Part shown: one piece after another, positions 36,908-51,390 of the stretch
Position numbering within the stretch: the stretch's first letter is position 1
Layout of the letters: each line of letters starts with the position of its first letter
Assembly: GCF_018977255.1 (NCBI RefSeq)
Contig: NW_024704743.1
Coordinates: 73,472,001 to 73,536,000, forward strand
Origin: Callorhinchus milii
Lineage: Eukaryota
Direction: 5' to 3'
Length of the DNA stretch: 64,000 nt
Notes under the pieces: model-generated
What the model was told of the DNA's origin: nothing
Database searches by the model: none
What the model saw: the letters and a program-made list of their open reading frames with translations, nothing else
Position numbers and translations under genes: made by a program

Positions 36908-39889
36908 CGCCTGGTTGGATCTGCTCCCCTCCCCCATTTGTCTGCCTTGCCGGGGTTTACGGGTGTTAAGATAACATGGTCCTCCACGCTAACACTAGGT
37001 AGATTTACAAAATGTAACCTAGCTGTATCTCGCAAAGATCATTTTATCTTAAAATGTATGCCAGTTCCTAAAATGAACTGCGGAAATTCAGCTTCAAATT
37101 TATGACTAAAATTAAGAATTTTTTTTCAAAGTTTTGCATGATCTTTAATTCTAAGACAAAGTCTTAAAATGAGGATCATATGAAATAAGGAGCTGGAACA
37201 CCATCCATTTTTTCTCCCTATTTAGCTCATGAATGTTTGAAGCCTGAATTGTACTTCCTCCACTATTTTCCCAGGTTAAACGGAATTGAGGTATAGGTTT
37301 TCCTCGTCAGTGTGATTCACTTGCTCTCCAATGCATTGCATTTGATAACAACTAAATTCTAAACTGGTTTTATATTCTCAACTAAGAAAATAATTGTTGC
37401 TTTATTACTACACGCAAGTTACTTACCCTAGAAGTTTACATCAACAACAACAACTCGCAGCACCTTCGGAGTGCTTTGGTTAGTTATTTCATTATGAGAA
37501 TACTGCTAGTACCACACCTGTACTAAATCCATAACAATGTTTGGCAGTGAGAATACATTGAAAATAGTTGCAAACTGAGAGCTTGTAATCAATTTCTGGA
37601 ATCAGTTTGAAAGAGGAGAGTAAAAATGCTTCACTTTGTGCTGATGAACAGAGAAAACTTCAAGGTATATTTTCACTTTTTACATTCTCTATTCAGTCTG
37701 TGGTGCTGAGAGTCACCCTGGTGAATCAATTTCAAAATCGCTCAATGTGGTGGAGATAAAAGGATCTGAGATGACGCAGAGTTTCTTGTTGGTTTTTTGC
37801 TTAATCCGCTTGTTTGCAATGAGACTGAATGCAACAAAAGAGGGAAGGCACACAAAGCATGCTGTAATCTGACCTTCCCTTTTGACAATACTCTGCTTGT
37901 CTTTGTCTTTAGACCTCCAGTGCCACCACATAACATCTGTTGTTGCTACTGCATTAACATCATGACCTTGTTTGTCCTTTGGTGTAATCTCTTTTTGTTA
38001 GTAACACGCGAGATAGAAAGAAAAACCTTGAAGATCTCAGCCGATCTGTGAACGTGGTCATTTTACATGACTTTGCCTGCACAGACTGAAGGACAAACAT
38101 ATACCCTTTGATCTGCAGCTGAGCAAAATGACTATTTTGACAAAGAACATTGCAGTTGTAGTGCCTTGAATAAATCAAAAGATATCTACAAATTTGACAT
38201 TAAACTGCATTGCAAGAGTGCACCATGCATGTGAATGTTTCAGTTTAATATAGGAGGATTCCACATGAATAAATCTTCAGCAGTTCAGTATCTTATTCCA
38301 CTTAAAAAGAGCTGTGCAAAACTGGCCTCAAAGTTAAAACTGAACTTAAGAATGTTAGCACGAGATTAAGATAAATATTAGTAATACTAAGATAATAAAA
38401 AATGTTGGGCCTCAGAATACTACAGATCATTTTGATTGAGGCTACATAACACGCGAGCATATTTTAAGAAGTAGAGTAATTCTTATTATTAAAGAGTATT
38501 ATTATAGTAAATCCAATTCTTAGCAGAATAACAAAGTGAATAATAGTGGTTTAATAGAGCTGAATCTAAATACATAATTGCATCTCAAGTCTAGCAAGTT
38601 GCAAGGGTCGTAGGAAAAGGTGGGTTTAAAGAGCTGTTACAGACACATAGAATTCCAACAGAATGATGAAGTAGAAATAGGCCATTCGACCCGACTAGTC
38701 CAAGGCAATGTTTATACTCTACAAAAGCCTCCACACCTCCTATTCCCCTCTCCGATACTCTGTTTCCTTCTCCCTCTTGCATGAATCAAGTTTCCTCTTA
38801 AATATGTTGGTTCTTTAACCATCAAACACTGCTTCCGCCAGTGAGGTCTACATTCTCACCCCCTCAGTGTGAAGAACAACAATAACTTGCACTTATACAG
38901 TGCCCTCCACACAGGATAGCATCTTAGAGCGCTTGTGTGACAGAACAATGTGTGCTTAAATTTTTATGGTTCTATAGTTCTGTCCAGGAAATTGTTTTGT
39001 GTACTTTACACCTAACTCATCCTGCAAAATATCATGATATGTGATGTACTTTAACCATTTTCTAGAGGATTATGGACAACATAATCAATCTGAAATGTCA
39101 GTTTTCCCTGAAAGTAAATAATATTCTTATTTTTATTGCACTTTACCCTGAAGTAACAAATTTAACATTTGAAATTGAGAAGTTTTATTGAATGCAGCCA
39201 AATGTCACTACTAATTTAAGCTTTATTCCTCGGCTTGCAATATTTAATGCACTTTGAGATACATCATATTCTGCTATCACTCGGCTATAAGCATTGGTTT
39301 GTTCTTTGAACAATGAATCAGTCTACATTAGACAGCCATTCAACCAGTCACTGCCAGATTCTGTCCAAAGCTTTAACATCAGCAAATTAAAGCTGAAACC
39401 GTATTAGGCTACGTTTGCCAAAATTGTACTTTACATTCAAATAACCCTTTATATAAAATGCTGAGTCTCAGTCAATTTCTGATTTAACCTCAGCCTCTAT
39501 ATCATAAATATTACATGACCTTTTTTGAAAGATTGAATTTTGAATTCTTTCCATTTACTGTATTGGGCTAATCTTGTTCATTGTTGCCGGCTCATCTCAA
39601 TTTTTTTTTAATTTACTTGACAATCAGTGAGCTCATATCGTCAGTTTTATTGTAAACTTATTGTGAACCTGTATGATGTCTGACCAGAATTGGAGTGAAT
39701 TGGATTGTTATAAAAGTGAATTGAATTTCAGGAATTGGAATTGCCTTTGAAGATTTGATGGAAAATAATTATTGCTGTTTTACACAATAATATTTCAGCA
39801 CTTGTAACACACTTTTTCACTAACTATTGTATTATCGGTTTTGTCTAGGCTGGCACCCCCAAGACAATGTTAGAGAGGGTGGGGGGTAG

Positions 39890-40200
39890 ATGTTGCTTTG
39901 CTGGAGGTGTTGTCCTTCAGATGAAACGTTAAACTTTAACCTGTTCAGGTGGACATTTAAGATCTCATTGCACTATTGGAAAAGAGAAGGGAGTTTCTTC
40001 TGATGTTCTGGCCAACTGTGCTTCAAATTAAATTGGTCATTCACTTCACAACTGTTTGTGGGACATTGCTGAGTGCTAATTGACTGCCACAAGCACCTAC
40101 ATAGCACATAGTCACTACACTTTACAGTAAAATCCTTCTTTGAGAGGTCTCACCAATGTGATAAGGTGCTATGTTGAATGCAAGGATTGTAATTATTATC
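39890..40200 (+). mobile_element. Deu-SINE
   Basis: ggaggtgttgtccttcagatgaaacgttaaac..ttcaggtggacatt core plus tail. Confidence 0.7.
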
Positions 40201-40277
40201 ATCAGGTTTGGGGAAACGGTATAAAACTTAATGGACCATGTGAACTAGCAAAGCCTTTTGCATTTATGTACAGGAGT

Positions 40278-40450
40278 AGAGCCTTCTCTTTGATCGTGCC
40301 TTCGGTCGCCCTCCCACCTCTCTGTCTTCCCTCATCCCTACACCACCCCTCCTCCATGCTCGGGCCCCGACACCTGACTTTTCAGCACCTTGGAACGTCC
40401 TCCCGATGTGAAAGGCACTCTATAAATATAATTTTGTTGTTGCTGTTGAT
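40278..40450 (+). mobile_element. L2 3' end
   Basis: ccttctctttgatcgtgccttcggtcgcc...aacgtcctcccgatgtgaaaggcactctataaat..ttgttgttg. Confidence 0.8.
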
Positions 40451-40921
40451 GCTCCAGACCTTCTTAAATTAATGATTTTGCATTAGAGAGAAAACAAAAG
40501 CCTAGCACATTCATTTCTCACTGGACTCCATATAGATTTTTCTTATACAATTAGCTGTTCATCTTGGCCCTAGCCTATGTATGAGAACTCCTGCTGTATA
40601 AAATGCATGTTGTATACCAGCTGATTTCTTATCAATAAAGCGGACGCATATGATATTGGGTTGGGTTGGATGGTGGGGGTGTGCGTCCCTGGCTGGTGGT
40701 TGCCTCATCACTCCAAGAGGGAGCTGCAACTCCGGTGCCTTTGTGGCTCCCTGTCCCGGCCCCTCAAGTCCATCATCCTTCATTTCCAGGGCTTTGGGCT
40801 TGCACTGGACAGTGGCTCCAACCCAGTCTTTCCTCATTTCCTTTCTTTCTGGGTCCCGTTCGTTTGCAGAAAATCTCTCCAATAGGGATTCTCTCTTCTG
40901 CTCTCCTCAGTGCTGGAGCTT

Positions 40922-41490
40922 CATAGAATCATAGAATATACAGCATAGAAGGAGGCCATTCGGCCCATCATGTCTGTGCGGCTCTTTGAAAAGAACTATC
41001 CAAATCAATTCCACTCTCCCCCCATAGCCCTGCAAACTTGTGCTCCCCAAATAATTATCTACTTCTCTCTTAAAAGCTGTTATCAAATTGGCTTCCACCA
41101 CCCTTTCAGGCAATGCATTCCAGATCTGAACAACTCGCTGTGTGAAACAATTTCACCTTATCTCCCCTCTGTTTCTTTTAACAACTATTTTAAATCGGTC
41201 TCCTCAGGTTACTGACCCACCCGCCAGTGGAAATAGTTTCTCCTTGAATATTCACTCCTTCACCCTATCGAATCCCCTCATAATTTTGAAAACTTCTATT
41301 AAGTCTCAACTTAACCTTCTCTGCTCCAAGGAGAATAATCCTAGCTTCTCTAGCCTCTCCCGATAACTGAAGTCCCTCATTCCTGGTACCATTCTGGTAA
41401 ATCTCCTTTGTACTCTTTCCACTGCCTTGACATTCTTCCTAAAGTGTGGGCCCAGAACTGAACACAGTACTCTAGCTGAGGCCTAACCAG
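40922..41490 (-). mobile_element. CR1 3' end
   Basis: catagaatcatagaa tail; ORF relic ERVVEANLITAFKREVDNYL and agtactgtgttcagttctggg. Confidence 0.88.
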
Positions 41491-42433
41491 TGTTTTATTC
41501 TCTTCCCTCTGCTCTCCTCGGTGCTAGGGATTCTCTCCCTTCTGCTCTTGTTGATCTCCAGGACTCATTCTCCAAGCTTTCCTCTTCTCTCTACTGCCCC
41601 AGCTTCACCGCCACCACTTTCTTTCATGGCTTTCTGGATTACCTCCGCGGTCTCACGGTTACCCACCACAGCTTTTCAGCCTATCTCTGCGATCCCATGG
41701 CTTCCCACCGAGTCTTTGGGCCCACCCTCCGTGGCCTAACGGCTTCCCGCCACGTCTTTGCCGTTGGCTGCACTTCAATGGCCATCTCAAGCCCTGCCTT
41801 CTTATTTCCACTCCCCACTTTATCCTTCTCTGCTATTTTCCCACTTTGCTTTGCAGCAGCTTTCTCACTCTTCTTCTCTTTTTTCCTCACCACTTTCTTT
41901 GTCCCACTTTTCTCTCCTTTCCCCTTCTCCTCCCTCCCTCTGCTTTCACTTCTCTGGTCTCCTCTCAAGCCTAGCCTGATATAAGACTCTGCCCTCTCTC
42001 TATTTTTTCTCTTCAACTCACTCTTACCAACGTACCTACAAAACATAAACCAATAGTCCCTTTATTTAAACCTTCCACTTCCACAATCTTCCCAGTCACT
42101 TTCTCAGAATAATTTTATAGTTGCTTGCTTCTCATCATCGATGTCTAATTGCCAATTAAGTCTTAAAGCAATATGCAACAACTGTGTTGGGTGAATTGAA
42201 GCATGGCAGAGTTCAAAGGGAACTGCCTTTCACTGTAACATCAGCTGCAGCTTGGACTTCAAACCCAATCACATTCACCAGTTTCTTGCACAGCATTTTT
42301 CCTGAGGTATAATTGTAATGACTGGCAATGACAATTTGACCTAGGTTTGAATACCCAAGTTGGGAGTTTGGGATATATTAAGCTGGAAAAGAGATAACTT
42401 CAGCCCGGAAAAGAGATGACTCAGAAAGGACCT

Positions 42434-42580
42434 GATAGAATTAGAATCATAGAATTATACAGCACAGAAGGAGGCCATTCGGCCCATTGTGTTTGTGCCG
42501 GCTCTTTGGAAAAGCTATTCAATTCAATCCCACTACCCCGCTCTCTCCCCATAGCCCTGCAAACTTGTCCTGCTCAAATA
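42434..42580 (-). mobile_element. CR1 3' tail fragment
   Basis: Near copy of 40922-41060 (tagaatcatagaa..agaaggaggccattcggccc). Confidence 0.8.
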
Positions 42581-44968
42581 ATTATCTGAGTAATTATATA
42601 AGATTTTAAATGGGATTCAGAAAGCAATCTCAAAACATTATGTTTGGATGCACTGAGCCAGCAGAACAAGAAGACATAGGTTGAGGGTTGCAATAGCAAT
42701 TTCAGCACAGACACCAGCAAGTTTAATTGGTCTTTTGCCTCATGGCTGTTTGTGGAACTTTGTTGTGCATAAAATGGATTTGCCGGGTTTGTCAACAAAA
42801 AAAGACTCTCTGCACGACCCAATAATTATTCTAAACGCTTTAATGTTTCAACATTATAGGTGCAATAAAACTGTAAGTTTTCTCTCTCTCCTGTCTCACT
42901 CACAGAAATTAAAAAGGCAGATGGTTAGGTGTTCATTATATTGCAGCTCCTTGTCTACAGGGAGAATGCTGCTTTATTAGTAGAAAATGTTTTGGGATGA
43001 GGTAGATGTGAACGGAAAGTCATTCATCATAGCAACTATTATTTGATAATTAAACAACTCCATAAACTATTCCCTCTCTCTTTGATCCTGAATTACGTTG
43101 TGTGTGTCAAATCCATGTCACCAGGAGAGGCTGAGACACCAATAGAAATTTGATAGCAAAGCAAAGATCTGACATGTGAACATTGACACTAAAGGAGAAA
43201 GCTAAGAGAAAAGGTTGGTGGAACATTTCTTCCTGATATAAAAACAACAAATTTATATTTACATAGCACTTTTTACTTGGGTAGACGTCCCAAGGCATTT
43301 GTCAGTGCTGGTTTGGCACCAGAATGGAACTGAGAAAAACAATTGAACAGTGGTTCATTCAGAAATGATTGCTTATTCATTCGGAGCTCCCTAAATACAC
43401 TTTGCATTAAATCCTCTGAAGAGTTTGGAGAAGTCCTCCAGACTTGAAAGGTGCTATATCAAATGCAAGAATATATTATTGTAAAAGACTGAAGGAAAAC
43501 CTGATAGAGGTATTGAAGGTTATGACGAATTAGGAAAATGTAGATATATATGTTTCTGTTGTGCACACATTTCAAAAACAACAATGATGATTGATGCAGG
43601 ATTTTCATCTAGTGCCTCACATTGTCCTTAGAAAAGAAGCTAGGAGCTATTGCAAGTGTTTAGTCGAATGCTGGATCTCAACTGGGATCTGCACTCCGGC
43701 TCTGAGATCTATGTGTCAGAGAATGCACAGAACCTATTCCCATTTGAAAGAACTATAGAAATCCATGACACAGCAGAAGGCCATTCAATCTGTCAGTATA
43801 GTGATGTAATATAATAATAATAATAATCCTTACATTGCCTTTAGAACCATAAGAAAGCTTTACATGAGACATGAGAAAAATGAAGCAATGGTTTTATAAT
43901 GCGCTAACGATGAGTACCAGAATACAATTATAAAAATTATAGTCTCTTGTATTATAATTCAGAACTTTACTTCTACAGACACTTTCTAAGACCCAATATC
44001 CAGCCATCGTGTTGTTGTTGAGATAATCTTGAAAATTAAAAACATTTTTTAAATTCATGATGGAATCTCTGATAAGGGAATTCATTGGGTGGTGATGGGG
44101 GAGGGAGGCTGTTGACTCTTTGGGTTTTCAAAATCCACTTGGAATATTATCCGTAATTGTGTCATTAAGCATTTAATTCCTAACTCAAAAATCACAGATA
44201 AAAGTTAGGTGAATTAACTGCCTGCTAAGAGTCAAAGCGATACAGGAACGCTAATGTGAAATTGAATGCATAATTTATTTACGCATGTGATCCAGCTTCG
44301 AAAGCTGATTATGCAGAATGTGAGTGGTCGAATAAGAGGCTTTCAAGTGAGTCGGGTAGTTGTTTCATATATGTGACAGGAGATAGCAGGCCTAGCGTTT
44401 TCCACCTGGTTATCCTACCTTATCTTCCTTCCTCATTGAAATTTACCTCCGAATTCAAATAAATCCCCAACTCATCTCAATGTGCTTTGAGACATTGCTG
44501 AAAACTGTGTTTGCTTAAAGAATTCATTTAATTTCCAATCAGTTTTATTTTGTGGAGCACTTTAGGAGACACGAAAGTGCTGAGACATGAAAGTATTTGA
44601 AATGAAAGGCAATATATCAAATAAAAGTTAATATTATTATGATGTTATAGATCCTGGCCCTGATTACATTGGCAGTGTGGTTGATATTATTTACCATGCT
44701 GCATTTATTGTTTTTATAAGTCTATTCTTCCTTTAACTACTCTTTCTTCTTTCCTAGCAAAGCCAAGAGGGTCTGCTGCAACCCAAGTAGGTGTGGAGAA
44801 CTAGATATGTCCTCAGTGCTCCATGTGAGCTAAAGCCATAAAAGATAGGGTGGTCCAAGCTGAGCATGTAGTGTGTGGATAACATTTCACAGTTCAGAGT
44901 ATGGATCAGTCATGTCAAGGATCTGAGGTTCACTTCCCTCTCTAGGTACAGTAGTGAACAGCCATCAT

Positions 44969-45445
44969 ACAACAATTATATTTGTATAGCGCTTTTCACA
45001 CAGGAGGACGTTGCAAGGCGCTGGACAGTCAGGGATTTGCACTTGAACTGGGTGTCGGGATCAGGGAAGGTGGAGGGCAGGGAGGGTGGCCGAAGGCGCA
45101 GTCGAAGAGGAGGGTTTTGAGACATCCCTTGAAGGAGGAAAGGGAGTGAGCGAGGTGAAAGAAATGTGGGATGGCGTTCCAAAGGGTGAGGGCAGAGAGG
45201 CTGAAGGCTTGACCGTTGATGGTGGAGTGGGTCGGGCGGGGATGTGGAGCAGGCAACAGCCTACTGAACAGAAGGAGCGGACACGTTGATATGGGGTCAG
45301 CAGGCCGCAGACGTAGGAAGGCCGTGGAGGACCTTGAAGCTGAGGACGAGAATTTTGAACTCTATCCTCTAGGGGATGGAGAGAAAGTGGTGCCAGGAAA
45401 TAGTAGGGGTGATGGGGTCACGAGACTGGTGCAGGAGAGGACACA
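44969..45445 (-). mobile_element. L2 3' end
   Basis: FSLSALTLWN and FKGCLKTLLFDCAF relics; hairpin tail. Confidence 0.8.
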
Positions 45446-46959
45446 AGCTGTTTTTATCAATCATATGATACAACTGATTGGAAATGAGGGAATGCAGGTA
45501 CAACTAACCTTTCCATTGCCTGTATATTCATACTCCAATATCCAGCTTCATTAGACCACCTTACATCTCATTTGCAATTCATTGCAGTAACAAGGAGGCA
45601 AGAGGATTTATGCAGTGCTGAAGGTGCTGTTTTTAGATGGCAGATCTGCCATCCTGATATAACAAAACTCCACAGAGGTGACAATTATTATTATTAGTAA
45701 CAAAAAAAGGTTTCAGTTGGGTCTTGTGTTTAAATAATCCCTTTAAAATAAAGAAATACATAAAAAATATAATACTTTGGTCACTCAATCCACAACTGCT
45801 GTGCACAATTGGCAGCAGTGTTTCACCCACAAAATATACAGTTAATTCACTTTAGAGTATATTCTGTGAAATGCTTTGAGACATCTCAAATACTTGATAA
45901 GCGCTATATCAAATGCAAGGATTATTATTGTTATTGATGGTCTTACGAAATTTGTCATTCTATAAAAGATTACATCTCTAATGGTCACAGTGATTTGTAA
46001 GGATGTTGGTCTGAATGACCTGGTTCATAATATGTAAGTACCAAATGACACCACTTTCATCCTCATCCCCAAGAAATGCGGTTGCTGTTTGTCTCGAAAC
46101 TCGGCACCGTGTAGTAAGTGGTTGTGCACAAAAGGAGTGAATGGTGTCCACAGGGCAACTGCATTATTACCAAATTTGCACTATAAAAAGGCATGTTGTG
46201 ATGGGGTCTGCATCATAGTTCTCCTTTACAAGCATATGCCTAATTCCCTTTTAAAACGACTTAAGGACTCAGCCTCAACAACAGTTTGTGGAAGAGAATT
46301 CCACACTAGTGATGCCAACCACCCTCTGCGTAAAGATTGTTTTTTGTCAGTGGAGGAATGTTACAGGGTGTTAAATGAGGATGTAATTTTTTAAAAAAGT
46401 ATTCAAAAGTAAATAACTTAGGAAGATTAAATAAATAATAGCGAGAGGGAGTGATTATGTTGTTTTCTTTGTGTTGTGTAATTACATTGATGGTGCTTAT
46501 TTAAGCATACCCAGGGAGCTCATGTAATGACATTATTACTCTCTGCTTCTCCAGTCAGCAAAGTTTTCTGAGACATGAATCTGTTCTTTCGGGGCTAGAG
46601 ATGAAGTCTCAGTGGATCACTCATTTTGTAGTCATTAAATCACCAAGATGATTGCTTCTCTGGTTGTACACCAATCTCTTCCAATTAAGAATAAGAGGCA
46701 GATGTTGGGAATAACAACACTTCAACTGTTAGAATTAGCAAGTGTGAATACAGTATGTAAATCCTTTTAGTGGGCAGGGCAAACTTAAAATCCAGAAGCT
46801 GTGGTTGAGGCAAATAGCATCAATATATTTAAGAGAAGACACAATGCAAACATAATGGAGAAAGGAATGGAAAGGTATAGGAAAGGGATTGGGGGATTAT
46901 GTGGAGTATACACATATATATATCTGTGTTATAATATGTTACTTTTTATTCACCTGCAA

Positions 46960-47900
46960 CATGTGCCAAGGCTCCATCCTTGACCCCCTTCTTTTCCTCA
47001 TTTACATGCTCCCTCTCAGTGATGTCAAATGCAGACATGGGTCAATTTCCACATGCATGCAGACAAATCTACTTCTTTACTCTAGTTGGGACCCCAGGTT
47101 CACTGATATTCTGTCCGCTTGTTTGTCAGACATTGAGGCCTGGATGAGCATAAACTTTCTGCAATTGAATGTTGACAAGGCAGAAGCCATGCACCTTGGC
47201 TCCTGTCAATGTCTTCTATCCTGTGGCTCTGACCTCCTTCTCCGACCTATCCCCCAGACTTATCAACGCTTCTGGACATCCTCCCGACATGAAAGGTGCT
47301 CTACAAATGTAATTTTGTTGTTGTTGTTGTTACTGAATCTATGAGTAACCTGGGCATCAGATTCGATCCTCAGCTGTCTTTCCTACCCCACATCTGGTCC
47401 CTAACCAGGTCCGGTTTCCTCCAACCTCCACCATATTGCCCACCTCAGACCATACCTCACACCCAATACAGTCAACACCCTTATCCACACATTCCTCACC
47501 TCCTAACTTGATTTTTCCAATGCTCTCCTCACCAGTCTGCCCAGCTCCACCATTTATAAAATCTAATTAATTCAAATCTCCACCATCAATATCCTCATCT
47601 GCATCAAACTCCATCCCCCCATAACCCCAGTCTTTGCAAGGCTCCAATGGCTCCCTATTTCAGAATGGTTCAATTTCTGGATCCTTACAGTCGCGTACGT
47701 ACAAGTCAATTCATGCCCTGGCATCTCTCTTCCTCTCCAACCTGTCTGCCACCTTTGTTCAGCTGGCTTCATCCTCCTGCCTGTCCCTTAATCCCTCTGC
47801 TCCACTATCGGAGGTCATGCTTTCAGCCACGATACCCCAAAACTATGGAACTCTGCTTCAATCTCACTGCCTTGCCAGTCTTCAGATCAAAAAATTAAAT
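46960..47900 (+). mobile_element. L2 RT/C-terminal fragment with an internal L2 tail insertion (about 47230-47330)
   Basis: QGSILDPLLFLIYMLPL..LSACLSDIEAWMSINFLQLNVDKAE, resuming as NLGIRFDPQLSFLPHI after a (TTG)n tail. Confidence 0.85.
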
Positions 47901-49419
47901 GTCTTTCAGCTGCTGTGTTTCAATAAGCTGCTTTCATGTTGTACAGTGTGTTCTGTGAAGCGCTTTGGGACGTCCTCCCGACGTGAAAAGCGCTATATCA
48001 AAAAAAATGCAAGGATTAATCTGCAACAGATCATCAGCTTTCACAGTTTCTGGGTTTAATTCAAAGATGCCATTTTTCACTGCATCTCAGTGGCAATGCA
48101 ATTTAAGTGCAGGTGAACTGTCATTTTGCACATTGCATAAAACATTTTCTACTTTGTAACTTGGAGTCAAATAATCAAGTTGGTGCACAAACTGAAGTAA
48201 AATGTGTTTTAATGATGCATGAGGTGCTATAAATGGGTAGAGTAAATAAGTGTGACACCAGAATTTAACGCTAATGTTGCTACCAAGAGAAAGGATGAAG
48301 AATGCCTTGAGCAGAAAAAAATCAAATAGCAAAGTATGTTCATTGACGACAGTCCTAAGAATGCATAAAACCTTTTGCTGTCTTCACATTTTACCTCTTT
48401 GTTCCATTGATTCATCAAAGATATAGAGAAATAAATTATCTCTGAGATAAATGGTATCCCTTTTGTCTGAAAGAATGGTTAAGAATATATGAAATGTGGA
48501 ATGATTTCAAAAAGATGGTTGAAGCCAAAATCTTCAATGAGTCCAAAGTTTGCTTGCACTTTGCCTATAAAATACCCAGTCCTACAGTTTAGAATAATCC
48601 TGTGAAGAACTTTGAGATGGCCTCCTGACATTATACTAAGATACAAGGATTACTATTTTTATAAGACCATGTATTCCACTATAGCTGCCCTCCCAATTCA
48701 AAGGTATTGAACCATTGAAAGTCGAATCAATAGAGAAGTAGTTGACAAAGAACAGAAGTTATATCAGTGGGGGGGTGAGAGGTCATCCATCTGTACCAAC
48801 TGAGGAGGGAGAGAGGGATTCTACTGAGGTAAGAGTAAGTAGGAAGCCATTTGGCTGATCATGCCTATGTTGGTGCTAACTTGTCCACTGGAGCTAACTT
48901 CACTAATTCCAATTTCAGCTCTTTCCTCAAACTGCTCATATTGTTGATTTTTCCAATGTTCATCCATTTCTCTTTTAAATGGGGTTATGGTCTCAGTGTA
49001 AAGGTTACTTGCGGAAAAGCATTCTATATTCACTCTGCAGAAAAAAATTTCTTCTAACTTTAAATTTTCCAATGACATTCCTGAATTTATGTCCCCTTGT
49101 TTCCAATTTCACCTCAGAGGGAATAACCTTTCACTATTTAATGGGATCATAACTATACCAAACTGACATGTTGTTTGGTGAACTTGATTATATTGCTGTT
49201 GCACTGATTGTGAATTTTGAACTAGTTGCGCACCTGTAATAGCAAAGCACCATAAACGTAAACAATGGACCATGCACCCGTACAGACATAAAAAAGCGGA
49301 GTCAGGAAGTCAATGCTTAAACAACTGTCAGTCAAGAAGTTTATTCCGAAGGAAGACTATCAAACGCTACACAGACTGCCTTAGAAGGTTGTAAATTCAG
49401 AGTTGATTTAGACATTTAT

Positions 49420-49826
49420 GATAATAATCCTTGCACTTGATATAGTACCTTTCACATCAGGAGGAAGGTTTGAAGCACTTCACAGGATTTACTGTAAAGT
49501 ATAGCAACTATGTATTTTGGTTGTGAATGGGGCAATCAATTTGCACACAGCCATGTCTCACAAAAAGCCATCAAGTGAATGACCAATTTTATCTGGGAAA
49601 TTTCTCTTTTCTAATAGAGCATGGATCTTTAATATCCATCTGGAAAGGCAGATAGGACCGCAGTTTAATGTCTCACCCGAAGGACAGTATCTCCAGCAAT
49701 GCAGTGTTCACCCAGTACTATACACTGTGTCAGCCTAGATTATGAACTCAAAGTCCCAATGTGGAGTTTGAATCCACAACCTTCTGCCTCAGAGGAGAGA
49801 TTACTAACAACTGAGCCAGATTGACA
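49420..49826 (-). mobile_element. Deu-SINE, full length
   Basis: Tail, core and tRNA-like head (aactgagccagattgaca) in reverse orientation. Confidence 0.75.
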
Positions 49827-49850
49827 TCTTGTGATAAAAGGTGAAAGTAA

Positions 49851-49891
49851 TGACCGACCGACTGACCAACGGACCGACGGATGGACGGACG
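49851..49891 (+). repeat. Degenerate (GACC)/(GACG) tetranucleotide repeat
   Basis: tgaccgaccgactgaccaacggaccgacggatggacggacg. Confidence 0.7.
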
Positions 49892-51104
49892 ATATAATGC
49901 TTGATAAGCAAGGGTATTAAGGAATATGAAGAAAAGGTGAATAGAATTAGAGAGATGCCACCAACTTAATGGCAGAGCAGAAAAACTGAAGGTTCTACTT
50001 CTGTTCCCATTTTATTACAATGAATATTGTCAGACAGTGACAACGTGGGTATGATATACCAGCAGGACAGTCACTGAGATCACATAAAAATAGTTGATTG
50101 TACCAGGATTTAAAGGAATTGTGCATTATATGTACATTTCTATTGTTCCCTCAGTTGTTTCTATAACAGAGTTCATGAGAAGCAAATACATCAATCTCAT
50201 GAGCAAAGCAGTAGTGACCTGCAAGATGCACCTTCTAGTTAATGCTTGATTGCCGCCTGTTGTGACACCAGCTGGGGTCTGAGTGGCACAGAAGGTGGTA
50301 TCTGCGGTCACCTTCACTGGCGTGAATATGGCATAATTGGTCGGCACATAACATGTGAAATCCTCATTTAACTCTTTGCAAAACCACCCTTCTCTCTGCT
50401 TGTTGAACCTAAGTCACAGTAACGGTAGGTTTTCGGAAGCAAATTCACTGTCTGTACATTCTTTAGGACTCTGCCCTAAATTAAGTTCAAGAAGTAGGTA
50501 ACCTTAACATCACTACACACATTGATTAAATAGTGACTCCAGACAACATTCTTTGTAACTACTGTAAAAACTACCCTCAGTGGTCTGGGAGGCTACTGTA
50601 AAGGTCCAATATAAAAGCAAATTGTTGTTGTCAAAAAGAGCACCTTTTGCAACACTTATTCCTTGCTAATAATTTACACAATCTTATGTTTCACAAGTTA
50701 GCAGATTTATTTTCAGAGCTAAAACTCTTCAAACTGACCTTTGAGTTCAGTCAGACAGCGTTTCTTTCTATTATGTATCGTTTAAATGTACATACAGTAT
50801 GTGGGAATTGTAGCTTTCTTCTCTTTCCTTTAGTACTGGACATAAACTTCTGTCCACTTATTGCTGCTCAATATCATTTCATCTTTAGCAGTGATAATAG
50901 AAAGGTAATATCAAGGCTATTTTGTGACATTCACAAAGGGGTGGGGAGTGATAATCTGAGTTATTCAGTCGGTCCGAGATAACTCTGTGTTCCGAAAATG
51001 ACTAGAGCACAAAAAAGTAAGAGAGCATCTCCAACAATTTGGCACTTCAAGTGCCTATGAATATGAGTTCTAGTCCTGACATAATAAATAATAACAATCC
51101 TTGC

Positions 51105-51260
51105 ATTTGATATAATGATATAATTTAATATAATAATGATATAATAATGATATAATTTGATATAATGGCTTATCACAATTATTAATAATTAATATGTGTT
51201 ATGAATTAATTTGATAATTAAGATGTGATAATTAATTAATAATTAAGATAATTAAGATGT
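51105..51260. repeat. AT-rich low-complexity expansion (tgatataa / ataattaag units)
   Basis: Repeated tgatataat and gataattaagat units. Confidence 0.7.
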
Positions 51261-51390
51261 GAGCTTGAACCCCCCCCCCATCCTCCACCTTCTGACCAGA
51301 AAGCATGAGACTGCCAATAATAATGATAGTAATCCTTGCATTTGATATAATGTATTATTAAGTCACTGAGATGTCTCAAAGCGCTTCACA

